DNA of 62,444 bases, filler included, from Asterionella formosa (lineage: Eukaryota), in NCBI GenBank assembly GCA_002256025.1. It is 11 parts of 11 records of this genome, joined end to end, with 100 filler letters (N's around TTAATTAATTAA, not from the genome) between each part and the next. Parts side by side here need not be neighbours in the genome. Positions count along the whole stretch, not along the records: positions 45,521 to 51,097 come from NKIB01013007.1; positions 51,198 to 56,774 come from NKIB01013008.1; positions 56,875 to 62,444 come from NKIB01013010.1; 8 more parts are not named here. One strand, given 5' to 3'. The translations under genes were made by a program, and so were the position numbers. Each line of letters opens with the position of its first letter. Positions within the stretch are counted from its first letter, which is position 1. The notes under the pieces are model-generated. The model made no database searches and had not been told where the DNA came from. It saw nothing but the letters and a program-made list of their open reading frames with translations. This document shows positions 49,102 through 60,792 of this stretch, in pieces.

Positions 49102-49959
49102 AAAAAGTAGGGGATTGCTCATCCACTTAGCTTTCAATGTTTCCCAATCAATCCATTATTGAAAGGAATTTGTGAAATACTGAGTTTGGGCCAATGGTGT
49201 TTGTGCCTATTATACTTATAATTATATATTAGTCTTCATGTTGAGAGAACCAGAGTCAAACTCCATTGAATAGAAAATATGCTATATCCAAAGCAACCAA
49301 CCCAACAAGTTTGCATCTAAAAAGTTGAATCACAAGGTGGCTGACACACCAAATGATCAACTCAGCTCATCTAATAATATAACCAACAACCAAACCAAGG
49401 AATTGAAACCAAAAAACAGACAGCTGACTTGAACGATTGTTGGCAACACAAGCAACACAAAAAATGTTTATTTCTCTTCTACTTTCCTCATTCATTGACT
49501 CAGCTGATTGTACCGTAGTTATTGTCCACCATGCTGTGGAAGTGATGCATTTCTAACACACAAGTCCATTTTGTACCATTTTAACACTGCGCATTCTAGA
49601 AGATATAGCGAGGTTGAGCAATCCTAATAAATCATGATTGAAATGAACATGCTGGAAGCGACAGTCACAATTTATTTTTCGTAAGTGATGAAAAATAAAT
49701 TACTTTTTGTGGTTTTCGTGGTAGAGTACTGTTGCAACGGAAAATTTCTGATGGTACTAGTTGGTAGTACCAGGGTACCTGGTACCAAGTACCGTATTGC
49801 GTATGGACTTTTTGAGAATCCGAGAGAGGAAAGAAGAAACCGTTGAGCAAAATGCTTCCTATATAAGCAAGAAACACAGGCGTCACGTATACGGTACTTT
49901 GCATTCAAAAACTTTATCAAGACAATTATAAGAAATAGCTCTACAATCGCCGCGGTACT

Positions 49960-51097
49960 ATGCAAATTGAAATACTGAATTGTTCCGAGTCAGACTCGCG
50001 TCGAGACTCAAACTGCAGTTCTCTCACCGGCTTTGCTGACAGTAGCGCACTTGATGATGGACCTGACGATCGTTTGCATGTGACCCAGAGTTTGCTTTGC
50101 GGCAGATCGAAGGAGCTGTCCCTACTGTATGATGCACTGGATCGGGTCTTTGACGCCAACGCTGACAAGGGATCGTCCGAGGTAGTGCACGTACGTGGGC
50201 AAAGCGGGTGTGGGAAAAGTTCCATCGTCGAGAAACTTCGAGAGTCAGTAGTGGAACGAAATGGATTCTTCGTCAGTGGCAAGTTCGACCATTTCCGCAG
50301 CCAAGAACCATTTTCAGCTATTGCCTGTGCTTTTGCTGATTTGTGTGACTTGGTTTCTCAAAGCGACGACTTAGTAATAGTCAAGAATGCATTAGAAGAG
50401 GCACTTGGATCAGAGATAAAGGTGCTGCTCAACTTGATCGGCAACCTGTCATCACTAACCGATGAGTCACCAGAAGTTAAACCAAATGCAAATGCCGGCC
50501 ATGTATTCACTAGATTCAAGTACCTATGTCAAAAATTCCTAAACTGTTTGGCTACAGCAAACCACCCAGTTTGTGTTTTTATCGATGATATACAATGTAA
50601 GTCAACAAGTCTATTTGCAGGGATCCGGTAGAAATTATCTCACTTTTTGTTTACAGGGGCCGATGGGGCAAGTCTTGAGGTCCTTCAAGCTTTGTCTATG
50701 CATAGAGAATCGAGCCACGTCCTCCTTATTTTTGCGTACAGGGACGAAAAGATGCCTGATTTTCCCTTCTTTCAGCCCACATTAGAAACCGATTGTAAAC
50801 TGCTCAGAACAGACATTGACCTGGGGAATATCAGTCTCGAACATGTCAATGAAATTGTCTCGCACCTCTTGGAAATGAAACCCATTGAGACAATGGCCTT
50901 GGGTGAGCTTGTACACAGGAAAACAAGTGGTAATCCATACCACGTACTTCGGTTCATGGAAATGTTAGACGCCGAAAAATTCTTAACATATTCTGATAAT
51001 AATGAACTCTGGACCTGGGATATGAGTATGATTCAAGCTGGAACAAACGTCTCCGACCAGGTAGGTGAGTTGGTTGCAAGCAAGATACAACGAGTTC
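49960..51097 (+). CDS. AAA_16/STAND-like ATPase (HstK-type ATPase domain), intron 50597-50656, 3' truncated
   Basis: CGRSKEL, Walker A GQSGCGKS, SGKFD, Walker B FIDDIQ|WAD restored by a 60-nt GTAAGT...TACAG intron, AYRDE, KTSGNPY. Confidence 0.88.
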
Positions 51098-51263
51098 NNN
51101 NNNNNNNNNNNNNNNNNNNNNNNNNNNNNNNNNNNNNNNNNTTAATTAATTAANNNNNNNNNNNNNNNNNNNNNNNNNNNNNNNNNNNNNNNNNNNNTTA
51201 AAGGGTTCCAATCATCTGCCAATCTTGCAGTTCGTCCTCATCACTGCTAATAATAGTACAGCC

Positions 51264-52193
51264 ATGGGGATCCATCAAATTCTGACTTGCCGTCGCCAAC
51301 TGCCTATCATTGTGTATTGCTGGCTAGTACTAACATCAGTTGTGCTAATACTACTCAGCAAAGCAACAGCAGCATGGATATCATCACCCCTGCCTTGCGC
51401 GACGAGAATGAAAATACCGGTTGAGTCGCATCAATTCGGGCGCCTGCGCCTTGTGGTACTCTCATCTTCATCCACGTCTGCGGCTGCTGCTGCGGTTGAC
51501 AGCCCCATCAACGTTTCCGGTGTCACACTCAAACTGGCGTTCGATCAACACTGGGCTGTGGCAGAGAGGGCATCCAATACGTCCGAACGATTTACATCGT
51601 CGGGATCGTTAGATTTGGTCCATCGACTTCGTGCTTGCAGTGATGCCGTCTTGGTAGGTCGTCGGACAGTCCAGAACGACGATTGTACCTTGACTGTACG
51701 ACGAGGCGTCCCTTTCACCCAACAGCCTGTCCGAGTGATCGTTGACTCCAAACTATCCCTATTTACTAGTGATCGTGACACCGACTACAAAATATTTTCG
51801 GACGGGTTGCCACTCCTTGTGTACTATGAAGAAGACCAACGTATGGGAGGGTTAAGCGAGGACTTGGTAGCTATTCAGAAGGGACCATCAGGTTGGTTGC
51901 CTACTTCTCATATCATCCATGACTTGAACTCCAAACACATTCATCATGTCATGGTGGAGGGAGGCCCAGCAACAGCCTTGGCGTTTCTGAAGGATAAGAC
52001 GTTGGATCGAGCCATTCTTATTTTCGCTCCATTAACCTTTCAACAACCATATCCATCACAGATCAATGAAGATGTGTTGCAACAAGGTGGACTGCAAAAA
52101 TTGGGACAATTTACATGCGATGGAGATCGAGTGGAGTGTTGGTCGAAACCTGGACTACCATGGCCAACCGAACGTTTGCAAGATTGGCCATGA
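51264..52193 (+). CDS. Stand-alone RibD C-terminal (reductase)-like protein, probably plastid-targeted
   Basis: VTLKLA, VHRLRACSDAVLVGRRTVQNDDCTLTVR, QPVRVIVDS, VMVEGG; hydrophobic signal peptide then ATAA-W and a Ser/Arg-rich transit-like stretch. Confidence 0.85.
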   Translation: MGIHQILTCRRQLPIIVYCWLVLTSVVLILLSKATAAWISSPLPCATRMKIPVESHQFGRLRLVVLSSSSTSAAAAAVDSPINVSGVTLKLAFDQHWAVAERASNTSERFTSSGSLDLVHRLRACSDAVLVGRRTVQNDDCTLTVRRGVPFTQQPVRVIVDSKLSLFTSDRDTDYKIFSDGLPLLVYYEEDQRMGGLSEDLVAIQKGPSGWLPTSHIIHDLNSKHIHHVMVEGGPATALAFLKDKTLDRAILIFAPLTFQQPYPSQINEDVLQQGGLQKLGQFTCDGDRVECWSKPGLPWPTERLQDWP

Positions 52194-52457
52194 TTCGCTT
52201 GCTTTTTATCGTTCTCAAGAGCAACTATAAATGCACCATGCACTTTTTATTAACAGGTATAACGGACGGATTCGACGTGTTTCTATAGTTTATTTCCGCT
52301 AAAAGGTATTGCTAAACATTTGCATGCGCATGAAGATATCCAAAGTTTTACTACTCTAGAATGGAAGGGTCGTATCTAACTATTTTTTAGCAGTGTTTTG
52401 TTTCAAGGCGCATGTTGTGGAGATGTGTCGTAGTATTACTGCCGGCTGATGATGGTT

Positions 52458-55400
52458 TCATCCGCGAGGTCGGGTTCCCATCTTCATGACTGTCGATGAA
52501 AAATTACGTTCGATTTCATCTTGAGGCAATGCACCAGCTGCATCGTTCGCGGCTACTGCTTGATGTGCAAAACTAGCAACAGAAGCATCAGACGACGATG
52601 GGTTACGGATATGCATAGATGTAGAAAAAGCAGATGCATCGGAATTGGTACGAGAATGCTGCCGGTTGGGTAAGGATGGAAGGCGACGATGAGACACACC
52701 GACTGACGACGATGCTCGCATGCGAGCCTGGTCCATGAGAGATGGTTGATAATCAGATATCTCACCAAAGGACGCCACTTGCACTAGCCGCTGCTCCCCA
52801 GAAGGAGACAAATGAATGTTACTCCCTTGATCGCTCTTGCTTGAACCTGAGGTGAATCTACCACCTACTCGGGGTACATCTGAAGCAGTCTTGCGATGAG
52901 CGATTGGAGTAGCTTTATCTCGTCCTTTTGGTGCTTCTAAAGGGCGAGCCAATAACTCATCCAAGCGCGACGATGGAGTTAAGGGGTTTCCGACCTTCAA
53001 TCTCGTTTCCTTGCCGCTGTCCGAAGAATGTATCGTATTGGTAAAATCAAAGTTGGAAACCGGTCCATCTGATTTACTACGACCATGACGTGGAGGGGAT
53101 CCAGACTCAAGCTTTTCTGTCAACTCAAGTTTATCAAAATCAACAGACTTGGACGAAGGCAATTCTTTATCCATAAAAGCGCGTTCGATATCCTCTTGAG
53201 TGATACCAGTACGATTCGCGCTCCAAGCATGATTCCGCGACATGTCGAGCGAGGAATCAGAATCGAAACCGCTATCATTGCCACTGGTCGGGTATTCATA
53301 GTCCAGTACCAGAGGAGCTCCTTCTTTGTTTGGTTCACAAAGGACTTCACCAATAGCCATGATATCACCACGGCTTCGTTGGGCACCGTAAAAGACAATG
53401 GTTCTGCACAACATAAGGGAAACAAATACTGAAACCACAAGGAGCGGGAAAATAGCAGAATAGTCGCCGCCAGTATTGCCAAACGTGGCACCACTGTCAA
53501 ATGCGCTAATGGTCAACGTCAATATTAGCATAATTCCTAGGTGAGCTCGGTATGTAACAACATGACTCGCACCCATGACGCATAGTATTGCGACACATGG
53601 AAATGCTGAAAGGCTGGCACCGAATCCAATGTAGCCTGATATGAGATTGACAAAGTCCGTGAAAAAGTGACTTGCAATACATCCCGTGAACAATGGACCC
53701 CAGAACTGACCACCAACAATGCCTGTTCCTAGGCTGAGACCAGTTACAACAATCTTGGATACACCAATCAATGCTGAGCATCCCATGCTAAATCCAGCGG
53801 CGGCAGTCGTTTCATCGCCCAAATCAGTAATGCAGAATCCATAAGCGGTAAGGCCAGCCGACGGTGTCCCCTTCTTGCCGAAAATTGGAAGAGGGCTTCG
53901 GCCTTTATCAATCATAGTTTGTAATTGAGCTTCGCCCCAAAACATAACATGAGGGACAAACATACAAATGACCCCAACGAGAAAACCAGCAACGGCCCCA
54001 GAAACCGCAGCGCGTCTAGGCTCCCCAATAATCCTAATCGTGAAGATTCGTTTCAGATAGGCACTTGCCGACTCGATGAAATAAGCAGCCTCCTTGTGTC
54101 GCTCACTACCTGATTTCTTGAATAAAGGAGTTGTCTCTTCATAAAGATAGTTTTCAGTTTCAGTTTGACTTTCATTTTGAAAATTTGACTTCATTTCTAC
54201 GTTTTCTCCTTGGCTTCGATAATGCCCTCGTCCCTGTCCTTCGGCGCTGAACATACTATGGACTAGGTTCTTTAGTTTCATCACCCCCTTGACGTAGGCG
54301 TACCCGATCGCTGCACCATAGATACCGTAAACAATAGCGTTTGCGAAAATATAACTTGGCAGTGTTGCTGTTAAGAATGGATATTTATAATATCCCGTGA
54401 CTTGGTCTCCGGTGACAATTCTATTGACCAAGACAGCAACAATCGATGCAATGGTGGCAGGCGACAATGCTTCAAAGTACTGTAGTCCCATTCGATGTGG
54501 AATTTCCAAAACAAACAAGGCTCCCGCCATGGGGAAACCGAAAAACCCAGCAATTGCGGCAGATGCGGCGGTTAGGTTCATGACTCTAGCTTGAAGTATC
54601 GATTGTTTGCAGAGAACGCCAATGTAAGAACCAAACATTCCCGATGTCAAGACAAGCGGAAGTTCTGGTCCTAAACTCAATCCTGATGACATTCCAGCAG
54701 TAGAAACTGCAAACAATTCCCAAAATGTTTTGTAGTCTTGGACACCACAAGAGTGAATGGCATGGATCCATTCGTTCTGTCCTGGAATTTTGTGGGGCAC
54801 AATGCTAACAATGTAAGATAATATGCCTCCAAAGAAGGTGGGCGCCATCCACATGTAATGCGGCAACGGAAATATGCCATGCATATCCGTGAAGAATCCC
54901 CAAAGGAAAAGTTGAGAAGGAATTGTATTCCAAACAAAATGTACCCCTGCACTAATGATGCCTTTCCATAGAGCGGTATAAACTCCCATAACAACGCCAA
55001 GAATGACAGCCCAGCTGAATTGTTGTAATGATGTGAATTCTGGAACTTCAGGATTGTAAAACAAGTGTCGAAACCAACCAGCCAAGTTCCATTCACTGCT
55101 CTCATCAAAGTATGGCTCCCCATCGTCGTCGTGTTTCAAGTCTGACAAGAGCCAATCTGTCGGATCCAAGAAGTACTCTATTTTGTCCCACCATGACATG
55201 TGGGTAGTAGTTTCATGCATCAGTGGCTGCTTTAATTCAAATGGAACTGGAAGGGAAGGCGCAAATGGCAGTTGTCCCACCTTAATGACAGATGGTGCCA
55301 AAGCTCCATATTCCAACATGGTTGAAAATTCATTGACATCGTTCGATTGTGCCATGGCCGAAAATCTGGAAATAGATTTTAGTTGCTGGTTTTGTGCAAA

Positions 55401-56006
55401 CGTGTTTATGTGCGTGCCAACGACGGGAGACAGCGTGTTTGAGTGATGAGGGGGTATGGCCTCATCCATCAACTCCCCGGCATTGAGGGAATGTCGAAGC
55501 GAGTCCCAAGAGGCCATACTGCTCCTTGGGTCGTTACCATTCTTTCCCCCATGATACCGAGACGAGCTGCCAGCATTTGAATGTCTAATGGATTCCGAGT
55601 CAGTGGCTCCTGAAGTAAATGAAATGTCACGAATCGTAGGCAATCTGTTGTTATTGGGCGGTTGAATACCTGACAAGAAGGACGGGAAAGTGAAAGTGTC
55701 GTCGTTGTTCTGCTCCTTTGGTGGCTCCTTATCCTTGTCGACCTGTAACAGTGCTTGGCTTTTCCGTTTCTTTTTTTTCTTGCTCTTTTTAGTAGTGAGA
55801 TTCGTTTGGTCCGTTGCCAATCGCCCAGGACCATGTTGATAAAAGGCGCCTCGTGTAGATCCATCTGAATCCACTCTTGTTCGGACCATAGTAGGATTAT
55901 TATTATTGTTATTACTATTATTTGCCCGTTGTTCCTCGTCCGCGGTGGTAGCACGTGGTTGTTCCTCTGTTTGATCTTGTGAGGATTGGGGTTCGTTCGA
56001 TTTCAT
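52458..56006 (-). CDS. CLC-family chloride channel/transporter with long disordered tails (1182 aa)
   Basis: SLGPELP, AAIAGFFGFPMAGALFVLEIPH, FWGE, VGGQFWGPLF; multiple TM helices. Confidence 0.88.
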   Translation of the reverse strand: MKSNEPQSSQDQTEEQPRATTADEEQRANNSNNNNNNPTMVRTRVDSDGSTRGAFYQHGPGRLATDQTNLTTKKSKKKKKRKSQALLQVDKDKEPPKEQNNDDTFTFPSFLSGIQPPNNNRLPTIRDISFTSGATDSESIRHSNAGSSSRYHGGKNGNDPRSSMASWDSLRHSLNAGELMDEAIPPHHSNTLSPVVGTHINTFAQNQQLKSISRFSAMAQSNDVNEFSTMLEYGALAPSVIKVGQLPFAPSLPVPFELKQPLMHETTTHMSWWDKIEYFLDPTDWLLSDLKHDDDGEPYFDESSEWNLAGWFRHLFYNPEVPEFTSLQQFSWAVILGVVMGVYTALWKGIISAGVHFVWNTIPSQLFLWGFFTDMHGIFPLPHYMWMAPTFFGGILSYIVSIVPHKIPGQNEWIHAIHSCGVQDYKTFWELFAVSTAGMSSGLSLGPELPLVLTSGMFGSYIGVLCKQSILQARVMNLTAASAAIAGFFGFPMAGALFVLEIPHRMGLQYFEALSPATIASIVAVLVNRIVTGDQVTGYYKYPFLTATLPSYIFANAIVYGIYGAAIGYAYVKGVMKLKNLVHSMFSAEGQGRGHYRSQGENVEMKSNFQNESQTETENYLYEETTPLFKKSGSERHKEAAYFIESASAYLKRIFTIRIIGEPRRAAVSGAVAGFLVGVICMFVPHVMFWGEAQLQTMIDKGRSPLPIFGKKGTPSAGLTAYGFCITDLGDETTAAAGFSMGCSALIGVSKIVVTGLSLGTGIVGGQFWGPLFTGCIASHFFTDFVNLISGYIGFGASLSAFPCVAILCVMGASHVVTYRAHLGIMLILTLTISAFDSGATFGNTGGDYSAIFPLLVVSVFVSLMLCRTIVFYGAQRSRGDIMAIGEVLCEPNKEGAPLVLDYEYPTSGNDSGFDSDSSLDMSRNHAWSANRTGITQEDIERAFMDKELPSSKSVDFDKLELTEKLESGSPPRHGRSKSDGPVSNFDFTNTIHSSDSGKETRLKVGNPLTPSSRLDELLARPLEAPKGRDKATPIAHRKTASDVPRVGGRFTSGSSKSDQGSNIHLSPSGEQRLVQVASFGEISDYQPSLMDQARMRASSSVGVSHRRLPSLPNRQHSRTNSDASAFSTSMHIRNPSSSDASVASFAHQAVAANDAAGALPQDEIERNFSSTVMKMGTRPRG

Positions 56007-56459
56007 TCTTTGGTGTTTGGATTGGACCTCGTCGTTCGGTTTGATTCGTTGGTTCGGTTCGGTTCCCGTTCCGCTCGTTTCGTTTCGTTCTGCCTTGGGA
56101 GAGTCAATGTACGTTGCTACTATCGTATTGTATTGTATTATATTGTAATGTCAAGATCTGCCCTTGTGTAATGTGGCGATTGCTGATCTCGATATGATAG
56201 TAGGCCAACAGAGAGAAAAGCTTCCGAAAAAACATCAATACTATGCACTACATCATGTGAAATAAGAAGCGCATCATCTGCACCTGTCAATCACAATACA
56301 AACATACCAGCACCATCAGTACTACACAAGATAAATATATATTTAATTTATTTTGTCGGCTTCCCGCCATCAACTCCGGTTGTCGCGGGAGCCATGAGGA
56401 TATCCTATTATTATATATATACCGCTGGTATCTAACATTTGATACTCCAGTAATACCTG

Positions 56460-56562
56460 CAAGTTGCGGTTAATTGTGCTGAAACTAAAACTTTAGCTAT
56501 CTTTATCCTATATTAAATTGTTTGTTTAAGCCAAATAACCGCAACTTGGTCGTGCCACTGTA
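56460..56562. mobile_element. Tiny MITE-like remnant
   Basis: 13-bp perfect inverted repeat CAAGTTGCGGTTA (56460-56472) and TAACCGCAACTTG (56536-56548); right end GCCACTG|TA is Tc1/mariner-like. Confidence 0.5.
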
Positions 56563-56910
56563 CATAGCCGTATCTTCTGTTGGTATTGATGTGAACAAAA
56601 AGTTCCCGCCACCAACAAGCAATGATCATGAGTTCCATAGGTACCTGGTGAAGTATCTAACTAGAAGTAGTAGTATTTGTTGAATATATGAGCTTATTAA
56701 TTAATCCTTATGTATAACTCATTTCCTGAACTGACATCAAAGTATAGAATGGGTGTTAGTCGAGTTCTCTCATTNNNNNNNNNNNNNNNNNNNNNNNNNN
56801 NNNNNNNNNNNNNNNNNNTTAATTAATTAANNNNNNNNNNNNNNNNNNNNNNNNNNNNNNNNNNNNNNNNNNNNGGGCATTCAACTTGTGCTTGCTTCTT
56901 GCATTTTTGC

Positions 56911-58018
56911 AGTATAGACTGGCTGGTGGGCGATAGGCCAAGCAAAGTGTCTCGCTTTTCATGAACATCGACAAGGTACTAGTGCTTTTGTCGAGGTTTG
57001 TGTCTAAATCCAACTGCTGCCATCCATTGAAATATTCCAGATACATCAAAGAATAGCTACGCTCCTGTCTTCAAAGGTAAGGAACTAGTACGATGACAAA
57101 GGAAATCTAATGAGACATGAAAATTACGAAACCAGAATCACTCTGTTACGAAAAACAGACGGCACAGTCTAATGCTTCTTTGTGCATATCGCCTGCTATG
57201 CTGCGTTTCAATTGTAGATGTATTACGTTCTTGTTAGAGAGACGATGTTACGGAGAAGTAGATTGTGCTGTTCTATAATGGATGTTGTTTACTAGCTATG
57301 GTTGAGGCTGTAACACTGACCGATGCTCTGGTGACAGACCGGCCGGAAATATTCGTCTTGTGTGATGAGCCATTTCGTTTTCATTGGATTTCTTTTCAAG
57401 ATCTTAACGGATTGCATAATATGAACATACTGTGCAATGTAGATGATGATTCATTGAAGACATATGATGACTTGAATGACAAATGAAGATTTTATCACAA
57501 ACTCTTGTTCCTCTCAACATGGCTGCTTTGTTGTTGTTGCTGCAAGAATCAGAGTGAGGACTGGAGAGGAAGATGAGCCAAACCACATTACTTTCACTGG
57601 TACATTCTCCTACCAAGAAATTTAAATAAAGGAACCTAAAAGAAACAATACATATAATAATTGAATTTCCATAGTCAAAAGGGTTACTATTTAAGTTACG
57701 AGGGCATTTATCACAATTATTAGATGATGTAACGAAAAATTATGATCAGATGATCATAATCCTATGATGCATCATGGAAATATGATGGTTTTTATTTGCA
57801 GACGTCATAGGACCATGCTTAATTATATGATGCAATGGTATTATAACTATGATAGTATCATCATAATTCAAGCTCGGTAAAAGTTTACTGCATGATTATA
57901 ATTATATAATACATTGATCATATTTTTGATCTAGAAACTATCATACATGTAAAATCCTTTGCCACTTAGCGTACAATACCCTTGATCCTATATTCATGAT
58001 AGTTTTTATTTGCAGACG
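56911..58018 (+). mobile_element. CGTCTGC-TIR family copy 3: right part (to 57804) directly followed by an inverted left terminus (to 58018)
   Basis: 56911-57804 is colinear with 9099-9960; 57805-58018 is colinear with the revcomp of about 7129-7350; both end TTTTATTTGCAGACG. Confidence 0.9.
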
Positions 58019-60792
58019 TTTGCTTGCCTGCCAAAATGGAATGCCTTATATTTAAGGGAGATGGATTACTGACATCTATTGCCCCCCTATGGACTGCCGT
58101 TTACTTAAGGAAAATGGACTGCCGAAAATGGATCGGAGTAGGATGAGCTAAGTGAATGCACGAAATGATGGTTTTCTGTAAAGTGTCAACGGCAATTCCA
58201 TTATTTACATCACTGCCATCTTCTAGCATGCTCCAAGGTATACTAACTCTGTTCATTGTTGTCTCAAACATCGAGTCTTCATCAAATGGATCTGGCTTGT
58301 TGGTGGACAATTCGACTTTTTATGGGATTGATATTGTCGCATCCTGCTTGCTTCGTCACAGTGGCGTCTGATAGCCTTTCCGGTCAACTCCTTCGCTAGA
58401 TTGGATAGGTAGTGACAAATAAATGAATGATTGTTCAAAAGCGAGTTCCTCAATCAGTCGTTGAGTATCAAAACTCAAAACGTTATGGTAGGCCAAAGTC
58501 AGGCTTCCATCTCGTCATTGAACCGGTATTTTCGTCAGATATGATCAGCCGTTAAATTTTAGCTATAAATTTGTAATATTTTTGCTGCATGTCCTACACT
58601 ATCTCAAATCAGATCTCCGTAGCAAGTTATAGTGCTCAAGTGTTGGCTTTTTTCCGCTGCTCTACAATAGTATTGTTTCATTGCTTTCTAATCACAATAT
58701 TACTTTTATTACTTTTATATACTAATCATCTACACTGACAACGAAAAATCGTCAATATCAATGAGCTATCGCAAACTCGCTCAGCAAAAAAGCCGGAACA
58801 TGATGGAACTGGTGTTCTGCATGAACTCATATTCAACAAGGAATAGAGGACAGGTATGTGCTTGTTGATTTTTTGTTGTCACGTTTGAGTTCCAACCATG
58901 GTCAACCATACTACTAATTATTATACATATTTCATTCTCTTGAGAACTTTGATGAAGGCACCTGTCATGTTACTCCTCAACTTCCTGACAACGCCAACAA
59001 ATCACCGTACACTGGTTGAACCCTTGTCCCATGAGGTGAAGTATGTTGCTAGTCGATTGTTATTGTTTTTCACAAGGTATAATATACATGCATTGACATT
59101 ATTCATTTCTGTTTCTTTGTTTCCCAATGCTAGCAAAGCCAATTTATTCGAAACTTGCACGAAGATTGTAAAGTCTTCAGGATGCCAACAATGTCGGCAA
59201 GATATCTTGCCAGCACCAACAAAATAGCACTCCAATACTCCCTGTCATCCTATTCAACCTTGCACTCCTAAAGTTTCAAAGCCACAAACGCCCACATCAG
59301 CAAGTAAATTTTTCGATGGATCATGCTCCTCCTCCTGCCAGATACTACCAGCAGCCTGCAACCCCAGCACCAAACCTCCACTATCAACAAGCTGGTGCTC
59401 CTCCACCACCTCCACCACCAGCATAACTCAAATCATTTCAGAAACCACTTCCTCCAAATCTATTCATGCACAATCTGAACATTTCTGAAATTTCATTGAG
59501 ACAACAAAAAAGTGTGAGTTAACATTTGTTCATGAAATGGTGTTGATAATTTTTCACACCATTTTCCTTTTCACTTTTTATTCTACTCCCTGCTTGTCAT
59601 TTTTACTCCTTACCTTTCGATTTCTGTTTCATATTTTTGTTGCTGACTAGCAACATTGTGTCGAATTTTCGATGCTAGTTACAATCATTCTTGTGTGACT
59701 TTTTTCATGCATATACTGGTGCCAGTATATTTGGTCGTCCATGCTTTTTTGATGTGTCTAAACGTTTACCTGTGAAAATTCTACTCCTGATGTTGCTTGA
59801 TGGTCCCTGCTCAAACCTAAAATGGGACTGCCGAAAAATCCACGGTGCCTCTGTATTGCCCTTTAATAAAAAAATACATTAAAAAACCAAAAATTACTTA
59901 GACACCCACAGTTCTCATCGAAAAGCAAGATGATAGCTAGCGTGGGGATTGCTTCTGGAAATGTTCAATGTCAATGTACAAATATAAAACTTAATTTTTG
60001 CATGTATCATTCATATTTCGTCCATTACACACTACCGGTACGGAATATGTGAGAAGGATTATTTTGACGTTGTCATCAACATATCCTAAGGAATACATGA
60101 ATTGCCAAGGAAATGAAGAAGGAACGTGGAAATGAGATTTCACTATCATCATGTACCGGATGAACACAACCTTGTACATCGTACTGTTTCTTAGACAAGA
60201 CTCGCGTGCTCTTCAGATTATTGAAGAAAAGCATGCGACTGACTCGAGAACCGGTACCGGTATTCTTGTTCAGAAAAATGTTTGAACCCTACCGGTTCTA
60301 CGGGTGTAAATCCTATTTATCACTCTCTATAAATATCAAAGGCCAGCATAACATTGTCATTTTCAGAAGAGTGTCATGTCGTACATGTTGAAATATCGAA
60401 CTGACATTTGCAATTGATGATGATTTCAGACAGTACGAAATTATGTAGCCTATGCAATTATGGACGTATGCGTCAAAATACTGGGATATCATACTGCCTT
60501 TCAAGGTACGCTAACACAAATTCTTAGATTAAATACATAGCGTCCTTTCCACGATAAAAGGAAATGTCAATGATACAAAGCAAGCCAATTTCAACCTGTC
60601 CGGGACTTGTCCTTGATGTTCGAACTTTTTGTAAAAACGACTGTGAACTTTTGACCGAGGCATATACCGGCATTGGTTCTGAACACATGTTAAACCTGAC
60701 GAAACACGAACATCGTTCATGTTCCCTCGGGGATTGGTGTCTTTGGGTTTTCAGTTCACCATGGTCAGGACTTTTGACATAAATTCTATCAA

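Noticed and set aside
58020..59880. GGACTGCCG motifs and decayed intron-containing sequence as a defined transposon
   Set aside because: The motifs are in direct orientation; no matching TIR pair or transposase motif was found.
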